NCBI GenBank assembly: GCA_965112735.1
Contig: OZ218962.1
Location: 2,542,001 to 2,606,000, forward strand
Length of the DNA: 64,000 bases
Origin: Phaeosaccion multiseriatum
Taxonomy: Eukaryota; Protista; Ochrophyta, other classes
Reading direction: 5' to 3'
Positions 1 through 12,600 of this stretch are shown one piece after another (position 1 is the stretch's first letter; each line of letters begins with the position of its first letter). The notes under the pieces were generated by a model. The model was not told the DNA's origin and did not search any database. It was given only the letters and a program-made list of their open reading frames with translations. The position numbers and the translations under genes are program-made.

Positions 1-170
1 CAACTGGTGTACTGGGTGGCGTTTTGGCTGGGGCAGCGCTGGGTCCTGCTCTAGCAGGAGGTTTAATGGCGGCGTCTTCTGTAACTGTCGTGTGGAACGC
101 CGTGCTGTTGCGCTGGAGACTCGCTCGAGAACTTTCCAGGAAGTTTCCTCTTTCTCGGCACAAGGAGTGA
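1..170 (+). CDS. 3' end of a P1B-type (heavy-metal/Cu) ATPase, partial
   Basis: The frame from nt 3 reads ...LGPALAGGLMAASSVTVVWNAVLLRWRL...KE* (TGA 168-170). This matches the last TM helix motif of P1B ATPases (P-x2-A-x3-M-x2-SS-x2-V-x2-N-x-LLL). Confidence 0.7.
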   Translation, partial: TGVLGGVLAGAALGPALAGGLMAASSVTVVWNAVLLRWRLARELSRKFPLSRHKE

Positions 171-340
171 GGAGTTGTATCGTGGGAGAAGAAAAGCACA
201 CAACACAAAATAGACACCCCACAAAACAGAAAGGAGTTTTTTTGATGTAGTTTTGGTAGCCCCGCTCCCCCCCCCACACCAGGAGGGGTGGGGTGGGAAA
301 CCGGGCTTTCGTTTATATGTAAGTCATTATTTATAGCATC

Positions 341-765
341 CTCCCACTCGGGAGGGTAGGAAACTCTGAAAAGCGTAAGGGAACGCACAATTCAGTAGAG
401 AGACGGACGGACAGACAGACAGACAGACAGACAGCTAGAGCCCTCCCGCAATCGGGAGGGTGGAATCTGAAAGGCGTAGGGAACGCACAACTCAGTGGAG
501 AGGCACATAGACAGACAGGCAGATAGACAGACAGACACACAGACAGTGTCAGCCAGCGAGCCAGGCACCAGCCCGACAGAACAAGGCAGCCTTACAAGGC
601 CGTCGTCGGAGAGGGAGGAGAGTGATTCGTCGCGCATTCGCCACCTAGCACAAGCGCGCAAGTGTGCTTCGCTGGTACCACCCAAGCAGGCTCGGCAGGT
701 GAACTGGAGCCTCTCAAGACACTGGAGGAGTCTTTTTTCGCGCTGCTGGTGCCCTGCTGCTCTAC

Positions 766-797
<32 letters not shown>

Positions 798-878
798 CCT
801 CCCCCTCCCCCCGGCTCCCCCTCCCACACTTAGGAGGGCAGGAAACTGAAAGGCGTAGGGGTTACGAACAACTCAGCC

Positions 879-930
<52 letters not shown>
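341..930 (+). repeat. Three direct copies (~341-436, ~443-546, ~820-930) of a ~100 bp unit ending in a (GACA)n tail
   Basis: Shared core approximates gggaggg..gaa..ctgaaaggcgtagggaacgcacaactcag..gagag, followed by (acag)n. Confidence 0.8.
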
Positions 931-1075
931 CATCCTCCGTATCTTTAGAGGCTCCAGTCCAACTGCAGAGCCTGCTTGGGCGGCACCAGCGAAGCAAACT
1001 TGCGCTCCTCGGTGCTGTATCTGCGGCGAACGACGCCTCGGCTGATCTCTCCTCCCTCTCCGAAGACGGACTTGT
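594..1075. repeat. Inverted duplication: 594-729 is the reverse complement of 932-1075 (end of last coding exon plus stop region of the cyclin fusion gene)
   Basis: + strand gcgcaagtgtgcttcgctggtaccacccaagcaggctcggcaggtgaactggagcctct versus - strand gcgcaagtttgcttcgctggtgccgcccaagcaggctctgcagttggactggagcctct. They translate as [16 protein letters not shown] and [16 protein letters not shown]. Confidence 0.9.
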
Positions 1076-1284
1076 GTACGCGATGCAAGTCTTGCACGCA
1101 CGCACGCACATCGCCGAGCTCGAGCTTCATCATCAGAAGCTCCTTTCCCTCGCGGTCAGTGCCGATACAGCTGGTACTGCTCCTGCTACCATCACCGCCA
1201 TCACCCCTCCTTCCGCGGCCACTGCTGTCGCCGTAGCTGCTGCTGCCATCGTAGTTGCTAGTGCTACTGCTGCTGCTACTACTG

Positions 1285-1318
<34 letters not shown>

Positions 1319-4300
1319 AGCCTGTCACGCTTGTGAAGGCGACGCTGGAAAGCTCCTCAGGCCAATACGGCATATCGAGTAAGTAGAGGGCGAGCACAAA
1401 GCAGCCAATGGCCACCACAGACGGACGGTAGCTGCTGGTGACCTGTGGTGGGCAGAGAGAGAGAGAGGAGGTGGAGCGAGGTAGTGCAGAAGGGGGAGGG
1501 GCCGCGAGAGGGGGACAGACAGTGAGAGGGAAAGAGAGAAACAGAGCGGCCCTTGTGGTTAGTGCGATGCTGGAAGGAAGGAAGGAAGGAAGGAAGGAAG
1601 GAGTCTACCCATACACGCATCGCACCCCCCCTACAATTGTTCTTTGTCTTCCTCCCGTCTGCCTGTGCCCCATTGGCCCATGTGCCTCTGCTTGCCCTAC
1701 CTACCATGCACTACCTACCATGCCCTGCATCCCCTACCCTCCCTGACCCTCTGCCCTTCCCTCCCCTCTCCTCCCCTCCCCTCACCTGAATGTCCCCCAG
1801 AGAGGCCTCAGCAATGAACATACTCAGGTACAGCACCCTTCCCTCCTGCATGCGTTTGAGCGCGTCACAAGCCTCCACCGCCAGTCGGAGGAAGTCCAAC
1901 GAGGTGGGCACCACGAGACGAAAGTGTGTGGTGTTGAGGACCTGCTCCTCCATGTCGAGCACCTGAACAAGAGGGGCGGGAAGAAAGGAAGGAAGGGAGG
2001 GAGGGAGAGGGAGGGAGGGAGAGATGGCGGGGAGGGAGGGAGTGAGGGAGGAAGAGAGACGTCAGACGATGGCGTGCCGGGGAGGGAGAGAACAAGATAC
2101 AGAGAGGGAGAAGTATCGAGAAAGAGGGCGTGAGAGAGGGACAGACAGACAGAGAGAGAGAGAGAGTGCGCACCTGGCCGGGTTTGTATGCGCCACTGTC
2201 CGTGGCGGCAGTGAGGTGCTCCACGCCAATGTAGCTCACGTCCTCGCATTTAGACGCCAAGTGGAGGCAAGCTGCAGCCACAAGCTGACGCTCTGACACC
2301 TTGACCCTCCTGTGTATGTGTTTGCGTGTGTGTGTGCGTGTGTATGCGTGTGCGCGTGTGTGTGTGTGTGCGTGTGCATATGTGTGTGCGTGGTGTGTAT
2401 GTGTGTGTTTTGCAACAGAGAGGGAGAAGAGAGGAGGGGGTTGAGAGAGGAGAAGAGAAAGAAAAAGTTCTATTCGGCCTTCTATGTACTTGAGAGAAGG
2501 AGGGAGGGAGGGAGGGAGGTAGAGGAGAGAGAGGGGCGTAGAGGAGCAGAGTAGGGAGGATCACAAAAAAAGGCAGCTCACGTAACTAACTAACTAACTA
2601 ATTGACTCTCTCATCTCTCTATCTCCCTCCCTCCCTCCCTCCCCACCCTCCTCCTCCCTCCCTCCCTCCACTCCACTCACCTGTGCCCGAGGTAGTCATC
2701 CATGCAGCTCACCGCGAGAAAGACAGTGCGATGACAGCGGTTGAACACATTCACCACATCCATGATCCACTCCACCAGACAAAGGCGATCCTCGGCCCCC
2801 ATCAACGCAGGACGCTCCACCACAGCAGTTGGTGATTCAGCAGCAGCATTGCCCCCTGGGCCCATGGCAAGGGCAGGAGGAGGTACAATGGGTGCCTCCG
2901 CCCCAGCCTCCGTCTCAGCTCCAGCGACGACCGCAGCAGCAGCCACAAGGAGAGGATTGGGGTGAGGGACGGAGAGGTGTCCGAGTTGTGGTTCTTCCTC
3001 CCCTCCTCCTCCTCCTCCTCCTCCTCCTCCTCCTCCTCCTCCGCCGCCGCCGCCGCCGCCTCCGTCGGGGTGCTCGTCTTCCAGGTCCATCTCGTGCACC
3101 ACCTCCTCATCCAGTGTAGGGGCCACTCCTGCCGCTCCTGCCATCTGTGACTGTACCTGTGCCACACCTCCTTCCCCTGCCCCTGCCTCTGACCCATGCG
3201 CTGTTGTGGATGGAGCGGGATGGGTGCTGCCTCCTCCTTGCTCCTCGCCCCCCCCCTCCGGCCCACTGCGGCCTTGACTCAAGCGACACCCGTGCGGAGA
3301 CAGCAAGGGTGCCGGCGGTAGAGCAAGGGGAGGGATGAGGGGAGGAGGCTCAGCGACGAAGTTCCGGTTCGGGCAAAGGTCCCTTTCCAGAGTGAGCCAG
3401 TGCGAGCGGAAGAGATAGAGGGTTTCCGCCTTTGACCCCTTTAGTCTTTCCATGGGGGACAGTTTCAGTCCCATCAGCCGACGGGGAGGTGGAGGTGAAG
3501 TACTAACGGCAACGGAAGCACCACACGATGTAGCAGCACGTGCCACTCCCGTCGCAGCTGCCACCCCGTCAGAAGGACAAGGAGGAGGAGAGGTTTGAAG
3601 CGGAACCGCACATCCCACTCCACCACTATCGCCTGCAGCGGTTGGTGCTACGGCAGCAGTCGTCAGGCCTGAACCAAGCTGCTGTGCTCCTCGAATTGGA
3701 CGCCCTGGGCTCCTCACCGTCGCATTCGGGGTCCGACTGGGCGTTGCAGTCACATCTCCTCCTCCTCCTCCTCCTCCTCCTCCTGCTCCTCCTTCCCATC
3801 TTCCGGGTCTGGCGGCCCTCGGAGCAGCCACAGCAACAGCAGGGTCACTTAAGGCTGCAGCAGCAGGGGTGGTCGATTGAACTGAAGTTTCGATACCAAC
3901 ACGAGGAGCAGGAGCAGGCGCACCCCCAGCAGAAGGAGATTCCGCAGAAGGAGATTCCGCAGCAGCACTGCCTGCTCGGTCAACACCACCCCCGCCTCCC
4001 CCGCCTGCGTGCAGGTCAGCTCCAACAACGTTTTCTCTCTCGCTCTCTTTCTCCATTGCAGCAAAGTACGGGTGGCGCAGCGCCGCCTCTGCAGTAATGC
4101 GCCGCTCGGGGTCGATGACGAGCATCTTTTCCAGGAGGTCGATGCCCAGGGGGTCCAGCTCCAGCTTGGCGAACATAGCCTCGAGCTTGCCTTGGCAGCG
4201 CCAGTCGGGATAGGCCTTGTGACTGAGGGAATGTTGGGGGCATACGGAGGGGCGGGGGGGGAGGGGGAGGGGAAGTTGGGTGCGTGTAGGGGGGCGGGGG

Positions 4301-7300
4301 GAGGGTGTATAGACTGGAAACGGGAGGACCGCGAGAGGGAGGGCGAAAGAAGAGTGTGCCAGCGCGGTAGAGAGAGAGAGAGAGAGGCAAGATAGAGAAG
4401 CAAGGGAAAAGGCGACGCCAACAAACCAATCCACCTTGCTCCCTTCCTCCTCCGTCCCCTCCCCTCCCATATATACCCCGCACACACGTACGTGTAGTTG
4501 GGCAATTTATCAAAACCCGGCCAAGTCTTGTCCACCGGCGTGCCCATCATTTGAAACATTTGAAACAGTTGATCAATCTCCGACGACCCTGTGAAGAGTG
4601 GCTCCCCCAGCACCATTTCTGCGAAGATACACCCCACGCTCCACAGATCCACGGCAGCGGAGTACGTTTGTAGGCCCATGAGGATCTCGGGGGGGCGGTA
4701 CCAAAGAGTCACCACCTGTGAAAGGGAGAAGAAATTGTAGAAACATACATACACAAGAGGGGGGGGGAAAAAGACAAAAAAGAATGTGAGTTGGATGTGT
4801 TTACAATCGTGAAAAGGACAGAACAGAAGCCAAAGCACGCCCTCGCCCATTGCCCTTAGTCCACTCATTTGGTGAGGTGGGGTGAGGTGGGGTGGGGTGA
4901 GGTGAGGTGAGGTGGCCTGTTCCTACCTCCTTGGTGTATACTCCATGCGGGTAGCCCGTGAGGCGGACCAGAGCGAAGTCGCTGATCTCGAGTTTGGCAC
5001 CCTCGAGGGGGGAGCCGGGGTTGGGCCCTGAAACAGGTGAGAAGGGCGCCTTAAGTCAGTGTGGATGGCCGTGGATGGCCCGGCTCAACAACACAAGGGC
5101 TTCGATACACAGCTATACAATATAAACCGACGAGATGTCTCCCTTTCCTCTACACCCTTCGCCCTTTCACCCCGTTATCATACCCTATACCCCGCCCCCA
5201 CACACCCTTTACTCCATACCCCATACCCTACATATATACCCCACACACCCTTTACTCCATACCCCATACCCTATACCCTATACCCCACACACCCTCCGTA
5301 CCCCATACCCTATACCCTACATATATACCCCACACACCCTTTACTCCATACCCCATACCCTAAACCCTTCATCCCTCACCTGGCACGAGTAGCAAGTGTT
5401 TAGGCTTGAGGTTTCGATGCAGTACACCTCGGCGGTGGCAGTAAGCGATGCCCGACAGGAGCTGGCGCAACAGAGACCGCACGCATGAGTGAGGAATGGG
5501 CCGATGATCTTCACGCCGCAACGCCGAGTGCTGCTTTTGTTGCTGCCGAGGGGGGGGCTGTGCCTCACTTGTCGTCGAATCCGACATGGCCGGGACTTGC
5601 ACTCCTCCTCCTCCTGCTGCTGCTCCTCCTGCTGCTGCTGCTGCTGTACCACCAACTGCTACAGCTGCTCCCCCACCTCCGCCGCCGTCGGATGCTTGGT
5701 CGCTGCCCTCGACGTGCAGAATAGCGTCAGCTAAGGCGTTCAGACTGCTCAATCCGCCATTCCCTCCTCCTCCTCCTCCTGCTCCTACCCCATCACCACT
5801 AGCACTGCCATCAAGACTAGCCGCAGCAGCAGCAGGAGGAGGAGGAGAGACTAGGACAGCAGCGGGAGTAGGAGTGGCACCAGCAGCACCACCAACTCCA
5901 CCACCACCACCACCCCCACCCCCTCCTCCTCCTCCTCCTCCTCCTCCTCCTCCTCCTCCACTTCCTCCGTTCCTAGGCAGGAAGCTATGCAGAGTGCGAG
6001 GCACAAAGTCGAAGAAGCACCTAAGCTGATGCCTGTGGAGCACCACCCGCCTCAGCAGAGACACATTGGGGTGATCCATCTGCCTCAAAACCGTGAACTC
6101 ACGCAGCATGTAATAGGGAATGCCCTCTCCCCCCGGGTACACGCGAGCACGCTTCATGGCGTACGTGTGCCCGGTCACCCGGTCACGGACCTGTCGGTGT
6201 TTTGTGTGTAAGTGTATAAGTGTGTATGCGTGTGTGCGTGTGTGTATGTGAGAGAGAGAGAGAGACAGTGTGTGTGTATTGTGTGTGTGCGTGGGGGGGG
6301 GTATGGGTGGGTGGAGAGGGAGAAGAAGGGGGGGGGGATGCTTACGGATTGTCATGCACACCCTACTTCTCTTGCCTCGCGAAAGCTCAAGCAGCGGCAC
6401 CCGCCTCACACTCCCAGCCCCACGTAAGCCCCACACAAGCCGTACGTAAGCCCAATGTAAGGCTTATGTAAATCTTACGTGAGCCCCATGTAAGTCTTCC
6501 GTAAGCCCAACGTAACCCCTACGTACGTACCTCGTACAGAAGCCCCTCCGTGCCCTCCCCCCGCCTGCCCCTGTTGACCAGGCGGCCCCAGTTTAGGGAT
6601 CCGTCTGGAAGAGTCCAGCTCATGTTGTTCCACAGCACCGGGCTCTGACATGGAAATATCGATTGATTCCCACACAGGGGACAGAGGACGAGGAGGCGGG
6701 GAGAGCAGCACAGTTGGTGATACAGCAGCAGAAGAGTGGCAAGTATGCAGGCATTGTATGGGTGAGAGGTCGGGGGGGGAGTCAGGCAAAAGGTAATCTC
6801 TCTTCTCATCCTCTCCTCCTTTTCCCTCTTGTCTCACTCTGTTCTCTTCTCTCGTCCCTCCCTCTATCCTTTTCTCTCCTTCCTGTCTCTCTCCCCTCTC
6901 CTTCCTTCCCCGTCTTCCCCTCTTACCTCAGCATTCGTCTTCCACCTCCCGCATACCGCCGATATCGTCGCCAGTCCCTCCAAGTCAATGGGCCTTGCCT
7001 TTCCCCGTCCCTCCTCCTCGGCGTGCACAAAGAAAGAGAACACTTCTCGCAGTAACTGAGCCCCCAATCCCTCGACCTTTGTGCGGTCTCCTCGCATAAC
7101 CCTCTCCACCGCCTTGCTGTCGCCGTTGGCACCACTACTACTCTGCTGGTTCGCGTCCTTTATTCTGGGCAGTTGGTGATACAGCCGCACCCCGGGACCG
7201 CCCCGGGGAGAGGTACAAGGCAGTTGTTGTCGTGAGAAAGGCCCAACGTCCAACGAAAGTGGCGGTAGTAAAGGTAACGACTTTGCTCGGGTGCCGCCTG

Positions 7301-8642
7301 CCTCGACGACGCCTTCTCCTTCTCCTTCCTCGTCCTCCTCCTTGTCGTCGTTTTTCTCTAGAGCCTGCTCTTGCAGTAGATTGGTCCCTCTCACAACACT
7401 CTTCTTGGCCTTCTTCCAGCTGCTGCCACTGTCGTAAGCACTTCCGTAACCGTCGCCACAGCTACCCCTGCTGCTGCTCTTGCTCTTCCTCCGCCTTCTG
7501 CTGCTCTTCTCCCTGCCACTGCCAGCGCCAGTTTTAGGAGTGGCAGCACCAGTGTCGGGAGTGGTGGCCATCGGTGAAGAACGGACGGTGCTGGCCCTCT
7601 CACTTGTGCTGCCATCGCCGCTCTCGCTGTGTGGGGGAGAAAAGGCTGAGACTTCTGACCCAGAGCGAGTCTTTCGCTTCTGAGTGGGCGTCCCGGTGGG
7701 TGGCAGAGAGAAGCTTGGCGAAGGTGATCCCACCGGCGGTAGCGGTGGATGCGGGTGTGCTGAGAACGGCGTTCCTCCTCCTCCTCCTGCTGCTCCTGCT
7801 GCTCCTGCTCCTGCTGCTGCTGCTGCTACTACTACTACTGCTGCTGTGTCAACAGCTGCTTTTGCTGCTGCTTCATCTTCCACGCCCTGTGCCGATGACC
7901 TGGGGCGCCGCCGACTGACAGCAGCAGCAGCCGAGGAGGAGGAGATGGTGGTGGGGACAGAAGAAGGCGAAAGGGGGGAGAGAGGGAACCGCGCGGGTGC
8001 CTCTGTTGCTCCTGTTGCGGTAGTCCCTGGTGCTGCGGCTGTTGCTACTGCTGCTGCTTTGGTGGATAGCCTGGTGGAGTACCGCCGCGGCAGCTGCTCC
8101 GCTTGGGTTCCGGAGGAGTCACCGATCGCCTCCGATGACGCGGGAGGTGCCTGAGCGGGAAGTGCTTCCGATTCGAGTACCAAATCTGGAATGTGCCCTC
8201 CCCCCGTTGCGGACCCGGCTACGTGCACTACTTCTGCTGCTGCTGTGCCTCCTTTCGAGAATGTTACTGCTTCTGCTGCTGCTTCTGCTGCTGCTTCTGC
8301 TGCTGCTTCTGCTGCTGATGATGATGATGATGCTGATAATGCCGATACTACTGTTGATTGTGCTGCTGCTGATGGAATGGACGATAATGATGCTGACGCT
8401 AAGGGGTAGGAGGAGGATAGGTGCAGTGGCGCGGGAGGGACCTGTCCTTGTGCACTCCTCCGCCGCCTTGGTTTACCGCTACTGCTTGACGCGAAGCCGC
8501 GGCGATCACCACTGTCTCCGCTACCGCGTGTCCTTAGCACCCGGCTGCTGGTGGGGGTGTTCGCTGCAGAATCGTCATCTAAATGACATTGACCATCCTT
8601 CAAGTCGCCGCCCCGGCTTCGCTTACCACGACCTCTCCCCAT
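945..8642 (-). CDS. F-box / CDK-like (probable pseudokinase) / cyclin fusion protein, 9 exons
   Basis: In-phase GT-AG exons: 8642-6927, 6644-6531, 6190-5380, 5027-4927, 4715-4492, 4222-2681, 2309-2174, 1962-1786, 1442-945. F-box-like: [13 protein letters not shown]...[16 protein letters not shown]|SPVLW. Kinase: [41 protein letters not shown]|[38 protein letters not shown]. Cyclin: [58 protein letters not shown]. Confidence 0.85.
5180..5368. repeat. Intronic minisatellite built from ATACCC(C/T) heptamers with a ~43 bp higher-order unit
   Basis: The unit ccccacacaccctttactccataccccataccct recurs about 3 times, plus a diverged copy. Confidence 0.75.
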
Positions 8643-9625
8643 GGTCTCTTCAGATCCACCTGCTCCTGTTAATGCTTCTGGAGCAGTGCTGCTGCTGCTG
8701 GTGCTGTTGCTGTTGCGGCTGTGGGCTCCTCTCCCTCCCTTACTGGCTCACTGGTGAGGCCTTGGTGAGACCAGCCTGCAGGAATTCCACTTAGCATTGG
8801 CTCCCGGACACAGCGTTGATGCTTCACCCTCTCCAGTTGATCGAAAGGATTCAAAGGAGGCGAAGCTCAATACCGCCCTGCGCCCTAGATCCACCGGCAC
8901 CAGCAGCGGTGTCGCGCACCCGAACCTGTGCGTAAATTTTTTCCCACTTCGTCTGCTTCCAAAAGAACGTCTCTCTTCGCCCCCCCACACCAGCTGCAGC
9001 CGACGCACAGTCCCTTCACTCCACACCTCAAGCACTCCCGTGGCCTCCGTCCCTCTGCTTTAACCGGTCCAGCTCCTGACGGATGCTAAAGGAACCGTAT
9101 CGTGTAAAACCGGCCCCATCCCAATCTTTGAAAGCGTCCCTCAAAAGCATAGAACTGAAATTTTTCTGTGAGAGGGGTCGTGTTTTTTTCGCGTTTGATT
9201 TCTCCCCCTTTTTTCGTGCCCTTGGTAACTGGTAATCAAACCAAGCTGCGATGCTTTTGCATGCCTTGACCCCCTTCTGTACTTACGGTTGCCTCAGAGT
9301 AAAGTAAGGGGGAGAAGACTTTCACGGTACAGGCAATAACAGATTGAAACGTTCAAGAGAGAGACTCACGCCTCACGCTGAACCCATCCAGAGCCTCAGA
9401 GAGCCTCCCATCTGCTCCACTCCTCGCGCATGGCAGCCTTCCACCCTCCGGTACCATCCGGTGCCATCCGGGTGCAGCCTTGGGACTGAGCAATGCCGAC
9501 ACCGCGTCGTTTCTACTCTTGCGGCGGTTTTGACTGCCGTCCTCCACATCCTCCTCCTCCTGCTCCTCCTCCTCCTCCTCCTCCTCCTCCTCCTCCTCAC
9601 CCTCCCCCTCCTCGTCCTCCTCCTG

Positions 9626-12600
9626 CTACTGATCAGCCCAGTTGACTGCTGCCGTGAGACTGCCGTTGGAGCCTGCGCGCTTCAACGCTGACGCGGGCTT
9701 TACAGACGAGGGCGCAGACGTTGCTGCTTCTGCAGCCGCTGCTCCGTCCCCGCCTCCTGCTGGCGTATCACCAACTCCTGCACCCCCTGCTCCTCCTGCT
9801 GCTGGTGTTGCTGCTGCACCCTCATCCACCCCGTTGGAGTCGGCTGGATTGAGCTTGTATCTGCGCGAGTCAAGCAAGCAAACGGGCAGGGCAGGGTTGG
9901 GGATGCGTGAGTGCGTGCGTGCGTGTGTGCGTGAGGGGGCACACAGGAGGGCGAGGAGGCTGGAACTAGACACTTCTTCCTCCTTCTCCACTCTCATCAC
10001 TAAAGTTACCCCGCCCTCCCACACCCAACCCAACCCACGGCCAACCACCCACCTATGCATGTAGTAGTCGTCCTCCTGCGCCTTCTTCCGTGCAAACTTG
10101 GCCTGATGATATTGCTCGTTCCTGGCGATCCGATCCATAATGGCCTGCACAGTTAGCGTGCTGCGGCTGCTAATCACATGAAAGATGCCTGCCGCCTCGG
10201 CCTCTGCGTACGGGCGGCGGTCGACTGTCGAAGTGTGGGTTAGGGGTGGGGGGGTGGAGGTGGGGTGGGATAGGGTAGGGTAGGGTGGTGGGGTGGGGTG
10301 GGATAGGACGGGACAAACGTGGGAGGTTTGAGGGGAAAGAGGGGGGTTTGTTTTGTTTTGTTGCCAGTCCACGCTTGAAACACAATCACTCTCATCCAAG
10401 CACTTACCGACTCCCTCACTCCTTCTTTCCCTCCCTCTCTCAACCCCCCCCCCCCACCATCCCTCCCTCCCTCACTCCTTCCCTCCCTCCCTCCCTCCCT
10501 TACATGAGTGCTTATCCACATCGTCAACTGTGCCGTGAACAACAGCACTCAGTCCGAGACTTGCAATCATCTCCCTTGTGATCTGCGCGACGAGGCAGGG
10601 TGAGGGTGGGCAGAGAAAGAAAGGAGGGGTAAGAGGCTCTAAATCATTCCTGTCACCTTGATAACTACACCGCCCCTCCACTGACTTACTAACAAACTAA
10701 CCAACCAACCAACCAACAAACAAGCCAGTCCGCTAGCCAGTCAACCAGTCAGCCAACCAGTCAGCCAGCCAACCAACCCACCAACCAACCAATCAACCCA
10801 CCCACCTGCAGCGGGGCGTCAATGAGCACATCATTGACATAGGAGCAGCCCAGCACGCTCAAGACCCTCTCATTGAGGTTCATGATGGGCATGTTAAAGC
10901 CCAACTGCGAGTTGACCACCGCGTCGGAATGCACCCCTACAATGAGGTAGGTGCCTCCGAGCTGCTTCTTTGCCGTCTGAAGCACCTCCACATGCCCAGC
11001 GTGGAACATATCCCACGCACCATCGATATACACCACCTAATGAGAGGGAAGGGAAGGAGGGAGGGAGGGAAGGAGGGAGGAAGGGAGGGAGGGGGGAGGG
11101 AGGGGAAGGGGGGGGGGGGGAGGAGAGAGGGAGGGAGGGAGGGGGGTGGGGACGGAGGGTGTGGGGCGAGAGGGAGGGAGAGTGGAGGTGAGAGGCGGTG
11201 GGGGGGTGGTTGTACACACTGTGAGTTGGTGGAGTTCACTTCAGAGGAAGAAAGAGAGAAAGGGTGTATAGCGCCACTTGCCACACACATCGTAATCCCT
11301 CCCTCCTCCTCCTTCACACCTTCCTGCCAGCGTAATGAAAATCTCCATCGTAAACAGAACTCCTTACGTAAGCACAAGACGTAAGCATAATACACACGCA
11401 CCTTGGCATCCTTAGGCGGCGCACTGACTCCTTGCGAGAAGAGGCGCAGCATCCGCGAAGTGGTGAGGAACTTGGACCGTACGGCCACCCCTCCACCGCT
11501 GCGAGTCTGAGATGACATCACAGGGATCGGCGATCTTCCTCTTCCTCCTCCTCCTCCTCCTCCTGCTGCTGCTCCTGCTGCCGCTCCTCCTACTGATGCT
11601 ACTTTCCCTCCTGCTGCTGCTGACGCGCTGCCGTTTCCGTCCCCTTCCGTTCCACTCACAACTCCTCCTCCTCCCTGTCCCCCGGAGCCAGCAGCAGCAG
11701 CAGCGGCAGCAGCAGTTTGTGATGCAGCAATAGCGGCGGTCGCGGTAGCTCCGACGACAGACTCTCCTACTTCGCTCACACCTGCCGCGGCAGCTGCTCC
11801 ATCCTCTCCCCCTCCCCCGCCTGCTCCGCCTGCCACTCCTCCTGTCGCCGCCATTGCAGCCACGCTTCCTTTCCTGTCAATACCACCACTACCTCCACCT
11901 CCACCAGCAGCAGACTGGTGCGTGCCCCTGCCCCCTCGCGACGGGCTCTTGGAAGCAAGGTGAGGACTCATTCTACCGCCAGCGCCCCCCCCCCCCGCTG
12001 CCGGGTTCCCTGAGTAGTAGTGGTTGTGGTGGGCGGTGCTTCGGAGCAGCATCCGTCCGACTATTTCGGTGGTGGACACTCCTTCGGTGCGGGGGATGCT
12101 GAGATATTTGCCGAGTTTCTTTGCTGTTGCGTACACGTCCTGGCCTGTTTTGTTGGAGAGAGAGGGGGGGGGGGGGGGAAGGAGGGAGAGGAAGAGAGAC
12201 AAAACAGAGAGAAAGGGGAAGAGAGAGAGAGAGAGAGAGAGAGGTGATGAGAGGAGTGAGTGTGAGAGAGAAAGGGATTGATGGAGAGAAAGAGACAAGA
12301 GGGGGAGAGAGACACCATAAACAACCCCACGAAACACCCGCCCTTTCTTTAGGCGCGAAACCTGAGACTTACAACAGTACGCAGCAGCGCAACACAACCC
12401 ACCGCAGCTCCTCCTCCTCCTCCTCCTCCTCCTCCTCCTCCTCCTTACCATTGACAATGCAAGGGTCGTCCCCGTGCACGACGAAGTCGATGTTGTGCTT
12501 CTCAATCACCTCGTTGAGGTACTCCGCCGACATTATATAGGGCACATTGGTCACCACCTGCACAGAGGAGAGGGAGGGGAGGAACATGGGAGAGAGGCAT

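Noticed and set aside
2584-2600. (ACTA)n as a branch-point array
   Set aside because: It is antisense to the host gene and lies near the donor.
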